DNA of 64,000 nt from Acidobacteriota bacterium. Its GTDB lineage: Bacteria; Acidobacteriota; JAAYUB01. The position numbers and the translations under genes are program-made. Shown one piece after another: positions 38,422-48,887 of this stretch. The DNA is taken from NCBI GenBank assembly GCA_016935015.1, contig JAFGRT010000097.1:548-64547 (forward strand), given 5' to 3'. The notes beneath the pieces are model-generated. The model worked only from the letters and a program-made list of their open reading frames with translations. It searched no databases and was not told the origin of the DNA. The stretch's first letter is position 1; each line of letters begins with the position of its first letter.

Positions 38422-39417
38422 ATGAATTCGTTCGGCCGGATTTTCCGGGCCAGTATTTTCGGCGAATCCCACGGCGCTGGGATCGGTGTCCTCATCGACG
38501 GTTGTCCCGCCGGCCTGCCGCTGGCGGAAGAGGATTTGCGCCGCGACCTGGACCGGCGGCGCAGCGGAGCGCCGGGCACCACACCGCGGCGCGAACCCGA
38601 CGCGCCGCAAATCCGGAGCGGGATTTTTCAGGGGCGGACCACCGGTGCGCCCATCCTGCTGATCATCAACAACCGGGATGTGGATTCCAGGGATTATGAA
38701 TCCATGCGCTGGACACCCCGACCGGGACACGCCGATTTCGTGGCGGAGAAAAAGTACGGCGGCTTTCACGATTATCGCGGCAGCGGCCATTTCTCCGGCC
38801 GGTTGACGGCCGGTCTGGTCATGGCCGGGGCCGTCGCACGCAAGCTGATCCGGCCGGTGCAGGTGACCGCCGTGCTGGAGGAAGCGGGCGGGTTTCCCCA
38901 GATTGAGGAGGCCGTCCAGGACGCCGTGGACAACAAGGATTCCATCGGCGGCGTCGTCGGTTGCCGCGTTACGGGCCTACCGGCAGGGCTGGGTGAGCCG
39001 TTCTTTGATTCGGTAGAATCCCTCATGAGCCACGCCGTTTTCGCCATTCCGGCCATCAAGGGCATTGAGTTCGGCAGCGGTTTTCGCCTGGCGCGCATGC
39101 GCGGCAGCGAGGCCAACGACGTCATCCTCGACGCCAAGGGGACCACGGCCACCAACCATGCCGGCGGCATCCACGGTGGCATCACCAATGGCAACGACCT
39201 GGTGTTCCGGGTGGTTGTCAAGCCGACGTCCAGCATCCCAAGGGAGCAGCGGACCGTGGACATGCGGACGGGCCAGCCGGCGGTCCTTCAGGTGGAAGGC
39301 CGGCATGACGCCTGCATCGCCCTGCGCATGCCGGTGGTGGTGGAAGCGGCTACGGCGCTGGTCCTGGCCGACCTGATGCGGGTGGCGGGACTTATCCCGC
39401 CGGTTGTGACAGAATGA
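38422..39417 (+). CDS. aroC: Chorismate synthase
   Basis: MNSFGRIFRASIFGESHGAGIGVLIDGCPAG, GGRSSARETA-like region, HDACIALRMPVVVEA. GGAGG RBS 6 nt before ATG 38422. Confidence 0.9.
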   Translation: MNSFGRIFRASIFGESHGAGIGVLIDGCPAGLPLAEEDLRRDLDRRRSGAPGTTPRREPDAPQIRSGIFQGRTTGAPILLIINNRDVDSRDYESMRWTPRPGHADFVAEKKYGGFHDYRGSGHFSGRLTAGLVMAGAVARKLIRPVQVTAVLEEAGGFPQIEEAVQDAVDNKDSIGGVVGCRVTGLPAGLGEPFFDSVESLMSHAVFAIPAIKGIEFGSGFRLARMRGSEANDVILDAKGTTATNHAGGIHGGITNGNDLVFRVVVKPTSSIPREQRTVDMRTGQPAVLQVEGRHDACIALRMPVVVEAATALVLADLMRVAGLIPPVVTE

Positions 39418-39449
39418 TCATGACGGACTGATGGCCCGATGGACGACCT

Positions 39450-40802
39450 TCAGGCCTGGCGGGGATCGGTGCGCTGGATGATATCGCTGACCGTTTTCTG
39501 GTTGAAGCCCTTAAAACCGTCGGTGCGCTGGATGATTTCCAGATGGCTCCCCACCGCTCCATGGGCGCCGAACTCCTCGGCCTGTTGCGGAGTAATCCGT
39601 TTCAGACGCAGCAGGGTGTCAATGCGCCGCGGATCTACCGCCCAGGTTTCCCCCCGGGTAAAGGCCTGCTTGAGAAAATCGAAATCACTGAACGGATCCA
39701 TGATCTCCACTTGCCGCTCGGGCAGGCGGTCGCTGGCTCGTCGGAAATCGGTCCGCACGGCCAGATGATGCAGGCCGGCTTGAAGGACGGAGTCGCCGTG
39801 AAGGCCGCACCACAGCCCGATGGTACCCAGCTGCTCCAGCTCGGGCAGGCGTTCCCGGCTGAAATCGCCCTGCACTTCTTCGGGCGACAGATCGATATCC
39901 AGGAACAGGGTGAAGCCGGACCCGGCGTGCTCCATGACCTGGGCTCCCCAGCCGGCCTCGGCACCTGCATAGAAGCGCTCCCGGCGCGTGAAACCGAGGG
40001 TTTCCATCAGGGTGACCAGGTGCGGCAGCAATTGCCGGGTGCAACGGAAGGTGTGGTGGTCGTGGTTGGCCCAGCCGATGCCCAGCCGCTCCTGGCGGAT
40101 GCGCTGGCGCTGGGCGGCCCGGTTCCGGTTCTGCCAGTATTTTCGCTCGGCTTCCAGCACCAGATGGGCCGCCACGTCCTGGCCCAGCAGATCGACCAGC
40201 TGTCGGGCCAGCTGGATGGCCTGGTCCAGCAGCTCGACGGGGTGGCCCTGCCGGGATCTCGTTTCCCACATCTCCCGCGCCCGGAAATAGTTGGGCAGAT
40301 AGCCGGTGTCCGGGTAATCCGGCTCGAAGATCCCGAAGCTGCGGCGCTCCACCGCCCAGACGGAGATGTCGTTGTCGCGGGTCAGATGGCTGCGCCGCAG
40401 GCGGCTGTAGGGGCGGCCCTCCATTTCCCGGGCGAAGCCCTGGGTCAGCAGAAAATCGGACAAGCGTTCCACCCGCACGGCCGCCCCCTCGCCGAGCCGG
40501 CCGTTGGGGGCGTCCACCAGCACCCGGGGCAGGTAGGTGCCTGGCGCGGCGTACACAGTGAATGAGGCGTACTGCATCTCGCGGCGCAGGCCAAGGGTTT
40601 GGAGGCGATCCACGAAGACCTCATCCCGGGGCATGGTGAAGTGATCCACCATGTCGAACAGATCAATGTCCGCCACTTCGCGAAAATCCGCCGCCATCCG
40701 CCGCAGCAGGCCGTTCTTGCGCGTCATGTCCCGCAGAAGTTCCCGCAGAAAGTTTTCTGTACCGGGATAACGTCGCCAGTTGAATTCACCGTTGTCATCC
40801 AT
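39450..40802 (-). CDS. Conserved hypothetical protein (450 aa), possibly DUF1338/VOC-type metalloenzyme (tentative)
   Basis: Protein-like composition begins at MDDNGEFNWRR (ATG 40802) with a GGGAGG RBS 7 nt upstream. The upstream 401 codons of the 851-aa track ORF overlap mqnB on the opposite strand and are Gly/Arg/Pro/His-rich. Confidence 0.5.
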   Translation of the reverse strand: MDDNGEFNWRRYPGTENFLRELLRDMTRKNGLLRRMAADFREVADIDLFDMVDHFTMPRDEVFVDRLQTLGLRREMQYASFTVYAAPGTYLPRVLVDAPNGRLGEGAAVRVERLSDFLLTQGFAREMEGRPYSRLRRSHLTRDNDISVWAVERRSFGIFEPDYPDTGYLPNYFRAREMWETRSRQGHPVELLDQAIQLARQLVDLLGQDVAAHLVLEAERKYWQNRNRAAQRQRIRQERLGIGWANHDHHTFRCTRQLLPHLVTLMETLGFTRRERFYAGAEAGWGAQVMEHAGSGFTLFLDIDLSPEEVQGDFSRERLPELEQLGTIGLWCGLHGDSVLQAGLHHLAVRTDFRRASDRLPERQVEIMDPFSDFDFLKQAFTRGETWAVDPRRIDTLLRLKRITPQQAEEFGAHGAVGSHLEIIQRTDGFKGFNQKTVSDIIQRTDPRQA

Positions 40803-40994
40803 GCAAACACCTCCCTCAGTTCCTTCGGTTGGATGATGAGGCCGGGAATAGGATTTAAACTTGCGGCCGGGCCGGCGCGTTCCGGCTTGCAGGGCGCAAA
40901 GGAAGCCCGCATTGCGGCGGGATTGGGGTATAATGGGTCCCGTCGTCCCCGACCGGGACGTGGGCCACTCTTTCAGACAGGGACACAGGTAATA

Positions 40995-41801
40995 ATGGCG
41001 GAAAAGGAGATTCCTCTGGCTGACATGGCGAGCGGCGGGCAGCCGGTTGTGGTGGCCGTGGCCACGGAGCCGGAGCTGCGGCCCCTGCGCGACCGGCTGG
41101 CCGATGGCCGGACCGTAACGGTGGGCGGCCGGCGCTGCCATTTCGGAATCCTGGGCGGCCGGCCGGTGCGCTTGCTGCTGACGGGGCCGGGCGCCGTCAA
41201 CGCCGCCCAGGCTGTCACCGCCCTGCTGGAGCGTACGCGGCCGGCCCTGGTGGTGGGGATGGGCTGCGCCGGCGTGTTCCGGCCCAGCGGACTGCGACCG
41301 GGCGATGTGGCCGTGGCCCGGGAAGAGATCGACGTGCAGTCGGGTATCGAGGCCGCGAACGGTACGGGTGCAGTGATCGAGTACCCTTTTCCGCTGCTGG
41401 AGCGCGACGGGCGGGGCTACACACGGCGCTTTCCCTGCGCCACGCCGTGGGATGCCACCGCCGGCGAGGTGATCCGGCGGGCTCTGGCGCCAGAAGAGGT
41501 CATGGTGGAAAGGGGCGCGTTCATCGCCGTGGCCACCATCACGGCCACCCGGGTACGCGCCGACATGCTCTGGGCGGCGTATCAGCCCCTCATGGAAACC
41601 ATGGAGGGGGCGGCCCTGGCCCAGGTCAGTCTGCATTACGGCGTGCCTTTTCTGGATATCCGGGCCGGCAGCAACTGGGTGGGGCCGCGCGACCGGGATT
41701 CCTGGCAGGTGGAGTTGGCCAGCCGGCGGGCCGCGCGCGGTGTGGCGGCCGTGATCGCCGAACTGCATCGCTGGCCGCCGCTGGCCGGCCGCGGCGGATA
41801 G
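40995..41801 (+). CDS. mqnB: Futalosine hydrolase (PNP/MTA-nucleosidase fold)
   Basis: VVVAVATEPELRPL..LLLTGPGAVNAAQAVTALL..VVGMGCAG pattern of MqnB/MTAN family. Adjacent to mqnD. Alternative start ATG 41025. Confidence 0.65.
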   Translation: MAEKEIPLADMASGGQPVVVAVATEPELRPLRDRLADGRTVTVGGRRCHFGILGGRPVRLLLTGPGAVNAAQAVTALLERTRPALVVGMGCAGVFRPSGLRPGDVAVAREEIDVQSGIEAANGTGAVIEYPFPLLERDGRGYTRRFPCATPWDATAGEVIRRALAPEEVMVERGAFIAVATITATRVRADMLWAAYQPLMETMEGAALAQVSLHYGVPFLDIRAGSNWVGPRDRDSWQVELASRRAARGVAAVIAELHRWPPLAGRGG

Positions 41802-41810
41802 AGGAGAATC

Positions 41811-42647
41811 ATGGCAACGACGCTGAACCTGGCCTATTCCCCGTGTCCCAATGACACCTATATTTTTCACGCCCTGGTCCACGGCCTGGTGGAGTGCGCG
41901 GTGTGCCGCTTCGCCGTGACACTGGACGACGTGGAGTCCCTCAACCAGGCCGCCCGGGCCGGGCGCTTTGAAGTCACCAAGCTGTCCTATGCCGCCCTGG
42001 GGCACCTGCTGGATCGCTACGTGCTGCTGCGCAGCGGCTCGGCCCTCGGCCGGGGCTGTGGTCCCCTGCTGGTGGCCGCGCCGGGCCGGACTCTTGCCGG
42101 ACTGGGTGATGCCACGATCGCCGTACCGGGCCGCTGGACCACGGCCGCCCTGTTACTGGGCCTTTACCAGGGGCGGCCGCCGGACATGGCGGCCATGCCG
42201 TTCGAGACCATCATGCCGGCCGTGTCCCGGGGGGATTACGCCTACGGGGTGATCATACACGAAGGCCGCTTCACCTTTTCTCGCTTCGGACTGGACTGTT
42301 TGCTGGATTTGGGCCGCTGGTGGGAAGAGAACACCGGGCTGCCCATTCCCCTGGGCGGCATCGCCATCCGGCGCGATCAGCCGGCCGAACTGGCGGCCGA
42401 AGTGGAGGCGGCCATCCGGCGCAGCATCGAATTCGCCCGGGCGCACCCCGATCGTTCGGCCGACTACATCCACCGTCATGCCCAGGAGATGGCACCGGAC
42501 GTCATCCGGGGTCATATCGAGCTCTATGTTAATGAATTCAGTCTGGATATCGGACCGGAAGGGGAGGCGGCCATCCGCCGCCTGTACACCGCTGCCGCGT
42601 TGGCCGGACTGCTTCCCCGGGTGACGCAATCCCTGTTCCTCGACTGA
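41811..42647 (+). CDS. mqnD: 1,4-dihydroxy-6-naphthoate synthase
   Basis: LNLAYSPCPNDTYIFHALVHG N-terminal signature of MqnD. Periplasmic-binding-protein-like fold, 278 aa. Confidence 0.75.
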   Translation: MATTLNLAYSPCPNDTYIFHALVHGLVECAVCRFAVTLDDVESLNQAARAGRFEVTKLSYAALGHLLDRYVLLRSGSALGRGCGPLLVAAPGRTLAGLGDATIAVPGRWTTAALLLGLYQGRPPDMAAMPFETIMPAVSRGDYAYGVIIHEGRFTFSRFGLDCLLDLGRWWEENTGLPIPLGGIAIRRDQPAELAAEVEAAIRRSIEFARAHPDRSADYIHRHAQEMAPDVIRGHIELYVNEFSLDIGPEGEAAIRRLYTAAALAGLLPRVTQSLFLD

Positions 42648-42660
42648 TCTGCATTTTCCC

Positions 42661-43581
42661 TCAGTCCAGGTCCCGGGTGGTGTCAAAGATGGCCACCAGC
42701 GGCAGATGATCACTGATGCGCCGCTCAAACGCATCCGCCGGGTAGTTTTTGTCCCAGTCGCGAATGGGCAGGATTTCCCGGAACTCTTCCTGCCGCAGCG
42801 AGGGTGTCAGGGCGATATGATCGATGAAGGACAGATTTCGGTCCCCGTCCCGGTCATACCAGATATTGGAATACTCGTCGTCGCCCAGGGTGTCAGTGGC
42901 GAACTCCACATAACCGGCCGCCAGTAACCGCTCACTGGAAATCCCCGATCGGAAGGCGTTGAAGTCGCCGGCAATCATGATGTCTTCCTCGGCGCCGGGC
43001 CGGGCCAGCTCATCGGCCAGCCACCGGTTGATGGCATCGTACTGGACGTTGCGGATCTCCACACTCCGTTCCGCCTCGGGAATGGCTTTGAGATGGACCA
43101 CTATCAGGGAGAAATCGAAGGCGCCACTTTGCAGACGGAACACCAGCGGCTGGCGTGACTCGGAACTCAAACCGGTGAATGCCACCTTTTCCAGCGAGCG
43201 ATAGGCGTTTTCATCGAAGAAAACATTCTTCACTTTACCCGGGGCCCAGATCAGGGCCAGCTTCTGGGGGATGCGCTGCGGGCTGATATACCATTGGAAA
43301 TCCAATTCCTCAGCCAGGTTCTCCAAGGTGCAGGGGCAGGTGATTTCCTGCAGGGCGACAATATCCAGTTTCAGTTCGCGGATAATGGCGGCAATCTCGC
43401 GGATATCATCGGGCGAACGGCCCAGGGCGCCGAACCACTCCAGGTTCCAGGTGGCCAGTCGCAATTCGTCCGGCTGATCGTTGGGGGGCGGCACCGGTAC
43501 AGGTCCCCGGGATATGATGGCGATCACCAGAACCAGGATCAGCCCGATTCCCAGCAGGATCAGAATTTTCTTCATGTGCAC
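42661..43581 (-). CDS. Secreted endonuclease/exonuclease/phosphatase (EEP) family protein
   Basis: Signal/TM KKILILLGIGLILVLVIAII. LRLATWNLEWFG..DIVALQEI EEP catalytic motifs. Confidence 0.75.
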   Translation of the reverse strand: MHMKKILILLGIGLILVLVIAIISRGPVPVPPPNDQPDELRLATWNLEWFGALGRSPDDIREIAAIIRELKLDIVALQEITCPCTLENLAEELDFQWYISPQRIPQKLALIWAPGKVKNVFFDENAYRSLEKVAFTGLSSESRQPLVFRLQSGAFDFSLIVVHLKAIPEAERSVEIRNVQYDAINRWLADELARPGAEEDIMIAGDFNAFRSGISSERLLAAGYVEFATDTLGDDEYSNIWYDRDGDRNLSFIDHIALTPSLRQEEFREILPIRDWDKNYPADAFERRISDHLPLVAIFDTTRDLD

Positions 43582-43845
43582 CTCCGGAATCAGCCCATAT
43601 TGTAAAGCAGAATGTCAGTGGCGCAATCATAAAATCCGGATGATGTTTTTCGAAAAGAGGACCAGCATCCATTGTCCCCCGGGGGGGAGGGCGGCCGTCA
43701 GGTGGTTTCCCGGGCTGCGGTCCTTGTTCACAATCCCATGCTGTCCAACCTGCGTGCCACTATGCTTCCCCTTTCAGACGGATCATGGTAAGATGTCGGC
43801 ATTAGTAATACCGGCCACCGATGAAAACCAGACGGGAGCGTGATA

Positions 43846-45564
43846 ATGGGCAATTACCCCTGGTATGAAGTCGTCAATATTTGCGATTTAAAGGACATGC
43901 TGCGTAAAAGCGTCGACCGCTTCGGTACGCAGAACGCATTTCTCAACCGGCGGGCCGATGGGGAATACGAGGGGCTGACCTATGCCGAGTTCGGCCACCG
44001 GGTCATGGCCCTGGGCGCGGCGCTCTTCGCACGGGGATTCGCGCCCGGCAGCACCATGGGCATCTATTCCGAAGGCCGTTGGGAATGGGGACTGACCTAC
44101 CTGGCCGTGGCCGGCGGCAACGGCATCAACGTGCCCATCGACAAGGAACTCAAGGAACAGGATATCCGCCACATTTTGGGTGAAACGGGAACCACGTTTC
44201 TTGTGACATCGGCCCGCTTCCTGGATGTGGTGCGGGAGTTGCAAGGACGGTTGCCGCATCTGAAGACGGTAATCTCCATGGATCTACCCGAACATGAGGA
44301 GCGTGCCCTCTCGCTGTCCTTACTCCTGCAGGAAGGTGACCGGCTGCTGCAGGATAATGAAACCGCCTATCCTTCGGTGAAGGTCGATGCCGAGCGTCCC
44401 GTTTCCATCATTTATACCTCGGGCACCATGGCTATTGCCAAGGGTGTCGTCCTGAGCCAGCGCAACATCACCGCCAACATGATGGACATGTGCCGGGCCG
44501 CCTACATCGACGATCAGGACATATTCCTGTCGGTGCTGCCCCTCCACCATACCTATGAATGCACCTGTGGTCTGCTGACGCCGCTCTACCGTGGCTGCAC
44601 CATCTCCTACTGCGACAACCTGCGGCGACTGGCCGACCAGATGCGCGAGGTCCGGGCGACCATGATGCTGGGTGTGCCCCTGCTGTTCGAATCCATCCAT
44701 CGCAAGATCCAGGAAGGGATTGAGCAGAAAGGGCGCGGCAAGTTCCGGCTGGGGATGGGCATCGCCAATGTCAGTCAGAAATGGCTCAAACTGAACCTGC
44801 GCAAGAAAATCTTCGCCACCCTGCACCAGAGGTTCGGCGGCCGGCTGCGGCTGCTGATCTCGGGTGGTGCGGCCATCGATCCTGAGGTGATCCGGTTTTT
44901 CCGACAGATCGGCATCCACTGTATGCAGGGTTATGGGCTGACGGAGTCCTCGCCCATCATCGCCGTCAACCGCAACGAGTGGTACAAGGACGAAGCGGCC
45001 GGTTATCCGCTTCCCTCGGTGGAAGTGAAGATCGTGGACGGCGAGATTTGCGCCTGCGGTCCCAACGTGATGCTCGGCTACTACAAGAATCCCGAGGCCA
45101 CGGCCGAGGTGATCCGAGACGGCTGGCTGCACACCGGTGACCTGGGTTTTGTGGATGAGGACGGGTTTGTCCACATCCGCGGCCGCAAGAAGGCCGTGAT
45201 TGTGCTGGCCAACGGCAAGAACGTCTATCCCGAGGAGGTGGAATTCCACCTGAACAAATCACCCTACATCCTGGAGAGCCTGGTGTGGGAGGGACCCGAA
45301 GCTGTGGACGGCAAGGTGGAGGAAGTCCAGGCTATGATCGTCCCCAACATGGAACGTTTTGACGCATACAGCCAGGAAAAGCAGCTTTCCCTCTCCGATG
45401 ATCTGGTCGAGCAGGTGCTGCGGGAGGAGGTCCGGCGGGAATGCCGGCCGCTGCCGCACTACAAGCGGGTGCGCAAATTTACCATCCGCTGGGAAGAGTT
45501 CGACAAGACCACCACCCGCAAGATCAAGCGGTACCTGTATACCCAGAAAGTGCGCAAGACGTGA
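43846..45564 (+). CDS. Long-chain-fatty-acid--CoA ligase (AMP-dependent synthetase)
   Basis: IIYTSGTMAIAKG (AMP-binding core). QGYGLTE, WLHTGDLG, GRKK motifs. GGGAG RBS before ATG 43846. Confidence 0.85.
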   Translation: MGNYPWYEVVNICDLKDMLRKSVDRFGTQNAFLNRRADGEYEGLTYAEFGHRVMALGAALFARGFAPGSTMGIYSEGRWEWGLTYLAVAGGNGINVPIDKELKEQDIRHILGETGTTFLVTSARFLDVVRELQGRLPHLKTVISMDLPEHEERALSLSLLLQEGDRLLQDNETAYPSVKVDAERPVSIIYTSGTMAIAKGVVLSQRNITANMMDMCRAAYIDDQDIFLSVLPLHHTYECTCGLLTPLYRGCTISYCDNLRRLADQMREVRATMMLGVPLLFESIHRKIQEGIEQKGRGKFRLGMGIANVSQKWLKLNLRKKIFATLHQRFGGRLRLLISGGAAIDPEVIRFFRQIGIHCMQGYGLTESSPIIAVNRNEWYKDEAAGYPLPSVEVKIVDGEICACGPNVMLGYYKNPEATAEVIRDGWLHTGDLGFVDEDGFVHIRGRKKAVIVLANGKNVYPEEVEFHLNKSPYILESLVWEGPEAVDGKVEEVQAMIVPNMERFDAYSQEKQLSLSDDLVEQVLREEVRRECRPLPHYKRVRKFTIRWEEFDKTTTRKIKRYLYTQKVRKT

Positions 45565-45734
45565 CCGGGCTGGCCCGCCAGGCCAACGCCTTGCCCGAAA
45601 GAGCGGCCACCGGGCGGTTCTGCTTCCTCTACCGCCGGTATGCCGCCATCATTCCCAGACTTGGCGGCGGATCCCTGCAAACAATGATCCCTCCCTTGCC
45701 GTATACATCCTGACCCTCGGCGAAAGGATGCATC

Positions 45735-47153
45735 ATGAGTAAATGGCGATGGCAATGGTCGGCCATGGTGACGCTGGCCGTGCTGCTGTGGGGCGGTATA
45801 TTTGCCCGGGGGGACGAGGCGCTCGTCCCCGGGCAAATCCATGAAAACGTCGCCTGCACCGGCCATCCGGGGGATAGTTATGCCCTTTATCTCCCCGAAA
45901 TCTACGATCCGGCCCGGAAATGGCCGGTGGTCTACTTTTTCGAACCGGCAGCCCGCGGCAAACTGCCGGTGGAGAAGTACCAGGCTGTCGCCGCTGAATT
46001 TGATACCATTCTCATCGGCTCCAACACCTCCCGCAACTACGATAACGCGGCGGTCCTCCAGGCCGCCGAGGCCATGTGGGCCGACAGCCGCCGCCGGCTG
46101 GCCATCGATCCGGAACGGGTGGCGTTCTGCGGTTTTTCGGGCGGCGCCCGGGTGTCGGCCAGCCTGGCCGGCTTGCACGGCGGCGTGCGCGGCGTCATCG
46201 GCTTCGGTGCCGGCTACCAGGCCGAGGACCCCCACATACGGCAGCATCCCTTTTTGTATTTCGCGGCGGTGGGGGTGCGGGACATGAACTATTTGGAACT
46301 GAAAGCATTGGACCGCAAGCTGGACCGCCTGGGCGTGACACACCGGATCGTCACTTTCGACGACGACCATGTCTGGCCGCCGGAGGAAATATTCCATTCC
46401 GCCCTGGAATGGCTGCAGATCCATGATATAAAAGCCGGTCGGACACCGCGGGATGACGAATGGCTCCGCCGGGTTTACGAGCGTCGCTGGCGGGAGGCCG
46501 GCCGGCTGGAAGAGATCGATCGCCAACTGGCCGCTGTGGAGGAATACTCTCACCTGATGGCGGATTTCGAGGGTCTGCTGGATGTGGCCGGTGCCCGTGA
46601 GGCAACGGATCGCCTGCAAGCCGGGAAGGTGGTGCAGCGGGCGGCCCGGCGCGAACTGGAACTGTTGCAATTTGAAGAGGAAATTTACGCCGACCTGGTG
46701 GGTCGCTTCAGACGTTTGCGCGGCGAAGCGTTGACTCAAAAGGATCTTCCGGGCGCGCGGAAGTGGTGGCAGAAAAAGGTAACGGAATTGCTGGCGATGT
46801 CGCGCCGGCAGAAGGAGCCGGGAAAGATGCGGGTGGCCGAACGGATGCTCTCCTACATCGGTCTGCGTGCCTATGAAGAGTCGGTTTACTACTTCCGCAA
46901 CGGCGATTTTGTCAGGGTGGCGCTGGTGGAACAGCTGCGGCTGCTGGTCGACCCTCGTTCGCCTCATGCCCATTATGATCTGGCCTGCGCCTTCGCCCGG
47001 CTGGGCGAAACGGATGTGGCGCTGACCCATCTCGAACAGGCGGTGAAGAATGGTTTCAAACGGGTGGATCTTCTTGAAAAGGATGATGATCTGGATAATC
47101 TGCGCCGACTCCCCCGTTTCGAGAGGCTGTTGGCCGGCCTGCGGGGGGAATGA
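45735..47153 (+). CDS. Secreted alpha/beta-hydrolase (esterase/depolymerase-like) with C-terminal TPR-like region
   Basis: Signal peptide. GFSGG (GxSxG nucleophile elbow). C-terminal HAHYDLACAFARLGETDVALTHLEQAV TPR-like helices. Confidence 0.55.
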   Translation: MSKWRWQWSAMVTLAVLLWGGIFARGDEALVPGQIHENVACTGHPGDSYALYLPEIYDPARKWPVVYFFEPAARGKLPVEKYQAVAAEFDTILIGSNTSRNYDNAAVLQAAEAMWADSRRRLAIDPERVAFCGFSGGARVSASLAGLHGGVRGVIGFGAGYQAEDPHIRQHPFLYFAAVGVRDMNYLELKALDRKLDRLGVTHRIVTFDDDHVWPPEEIFHSALEWLQIHDIKAGRTPRDDEWLRRVYERRWREAGRLEEIDRQLAAVEEYSHLMADFEGLLDVAGAREATDRLQAGKVVQRAARRELELLQFEEEIYADLVGRFRRLRGEALTQKDLPGARKWWQKKVTELLAMSRRQKEPGKMRVAERMLSYIGLRAYEESVYYFRNGDFVRVALVEQLRLLVDPRSPHAHYDLACAFARLGETDVALTHLEQAVKNGFKRVDLLEKDDDLDNLRRLPRFERLLAGLRGE

Positions 47154-47275
47154 CCGGTCGGATCCATCCATCCCGCCATGAATCCCTGGTTGAATTATCG
47201 CTCGGATCACCGTATCCTATACCAACGCCGGGTGGCCCGGTCGTTGATCCCAGCCTGTTTTCAAGGAGGATACCC

Positions 47276-48850
47276 GTGTGCAAACCCCTGATTATCCTGT
47301 GTGCGTTGAGCATCCTGTTTATCAGCGCCGGCACCGGTCCGGTACTGGGCTGCACGTCCATCATGGTGGGCACCAAGGCCTCGGCCGACGGTTCCGTCAT
47401 GACGTCCCATACCTGCGACAGCCACCGCACCAGTTCAGCCATCGAAGTGGTCCCGCCGGCGCAGTATCCGGCCGGGGCGACCATCACCCTCACCAAACGG
47501 AGCGATGACAACAGCGGCCCCATGGAGCGGTACGGTCGCGAGGTTACCGGCACCATTCCCCAGGTGGCCGAAACGTACGGGTATCTGAATCCGGCCTATG
47601 CCTGTATGAACGAGTTTCAGGTAGCCATCGGCGAGTCGACCTTCGGCGGCCGCGAGGAACTGCAGAGTGACAAGGGGCTCATCGACTGCGAAACCCTGAC
47701 GCGTCTCATGCTGGAGCGGGCCACGACCGCCCGGGACGCCATACGCATCGGCGGCGCCCTGATCGAGGAATACGGCTGGAACGACGCCGGGGAGGTGCTG
47801 ACCATTTCCGACGAGAAGGAAGCGTGGGCCATGGAAATTATCGGCCCGGGCAAGGACAAGGTCGGGGCCATTTGGGCGGCCCAGCGGGTGCCCGACGATC
47901 ATGTCGCCGTCTATGCCAATGCCGCGCGCATCCGGCTCATCGATCTGGACAATCCTGAATTTTACATGACCTCGGCCAACGTCATCTCCACGGCCGTGGA
48001 GATGGGGTTCTACGATCCGGAGAGCGGTTTCCCATTCCAGTTCTGCTACGCCTATGACCCGGGCGGACGGCGCAGCATGGCCGCCAAACGGCGCGAGTGG
48101 CGCGCCCTGGACCTGCTGGCCCCGTCCCTAAAACTGCATCCCGAGAGCGAGAATTATCCCTTTTCGGTGAAACCGGAGGAGCCGGTCACGCCCCTGCGCG
48201 TCATGGAGATCTTTCGCGACACCTACGAGGGGACGGATTATGATTTTGTGAAACATTTCACCGTGACGGACGAGAAGACAGGCCAAACCGTCAAGAGCCC
48301 ATTGGCCAATCCGTTCATGCCCTACGACGCCAACAAACTGTTCAAAATCAACGGTGGCTGGGGCTGGCGCGGCGAACGCACTATCGCCCGCTGGTACACC
48401 ATGTACGCCACCATCACCCAGTCGCGGGCCTGGTTGCCCGACGCCGTGGGCGGCATCGTCTGGTTCGGCTACGACAATTGCGCCATGACCACGTTCGTCC
48501 CCATTTATGCGGGCGTGACGGACCTGCCGGAGGATTACCGGACCGACGGCCGCACCACAGGCTTCAGCCGCGATTCGGCCTGGTGGGCCTTCAACCGGGT
48601 GGCCACCCTGGCCGCTCACCGGTGGGGAGACATGCGCCAGGATGTGGCCGCAGTGCGCGACCCGCTGCAGGAGCAGTTCCTGACGGGCGTCACCGGGATC
48701 GACGCCACCGCCGCCCGGTTGTACCAGGACAACACGGCCGAGGCCCGGGCCTTCCTGACGGGCTACGTCAAGGGGGCCTGCCAGGCGGTGGTCAAGGCAT
48801 ACTGGGATCTGGGCGACCGGCTCTGGACCCAATACGACGAAAAATGGTAG
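47276..48850 (+). CDS. Peptidase family C69 dipeptidase, secreted
   Basis: AAGGAGGA RBS 5 nt before GTG 47276. Signal peptide ends ...GPVLG, then CTSIMVG (C69 N-terminal Cys nucleophile). Track ATG 47150 has no RBS and adds 42 non-signal residues. Confidence 0.7.
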   Translation: MCKPLIILCALSILFISAGTGPVLGCTSIMVGTKASADGSVMTSHTCDSHRTSSAIEVVPPAQYPAGATITLTKRSDDNSGPMERYGREVTGTIPQVAETYGYLNPAYACMNEFQVAIGESTFGGREELQSDKGLIDCETLTRLMLERATTARDAIRIGGALIEEYGWNDAGEVLTISDEKEAWAMEIIGPGKDKVGAIWAAQRVPDDHVAVYANAARIRLIDLDNPEFYMTSANVISTAVEMGFYDPESGFPFQFCYAYDPGGRRSMAAKRREWRALDLLAPSLKLHPESENYPFSVKPEEPVTPLRVMEIFRDTYEGTDYDFVKHFTVTDEKTGQTVKSPLANPFMPYDANKLFKINGGWGWRGERTIARWYTMYATITQSRAWLPDAVGGIVWFGYDNCAMTTFVPIYAGVTDLPEDYRTDGRTTGFSRDSAWWAFNRVATLAAHRWGDMRQDVAAVRDPLQEQFLTGVTGIDATAARLYQDNTAEARAFLTGYVKGACQAVVKAYWDLGDRLWTQYDEKW

Positions 48851-48887
48851 ACCGCCGCTCACCGGCGACGATCGGGAGGAATGTGGT

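Noticed and set aside
39543-40565. 340-aa plus-strand ORF
   Set aside because: Antisense to the 450-aa hypothetical gene. Gly/Gln/Ala/Pro low complexity, whereas the minus-strand frame has normal composition and an RBS.
44320-47210. 309-aa and 583-aa minus-strand ORFs
   Set aside because: Antisense to the acyl-CoA ligase and the alpha/beta-hydrolase genes.
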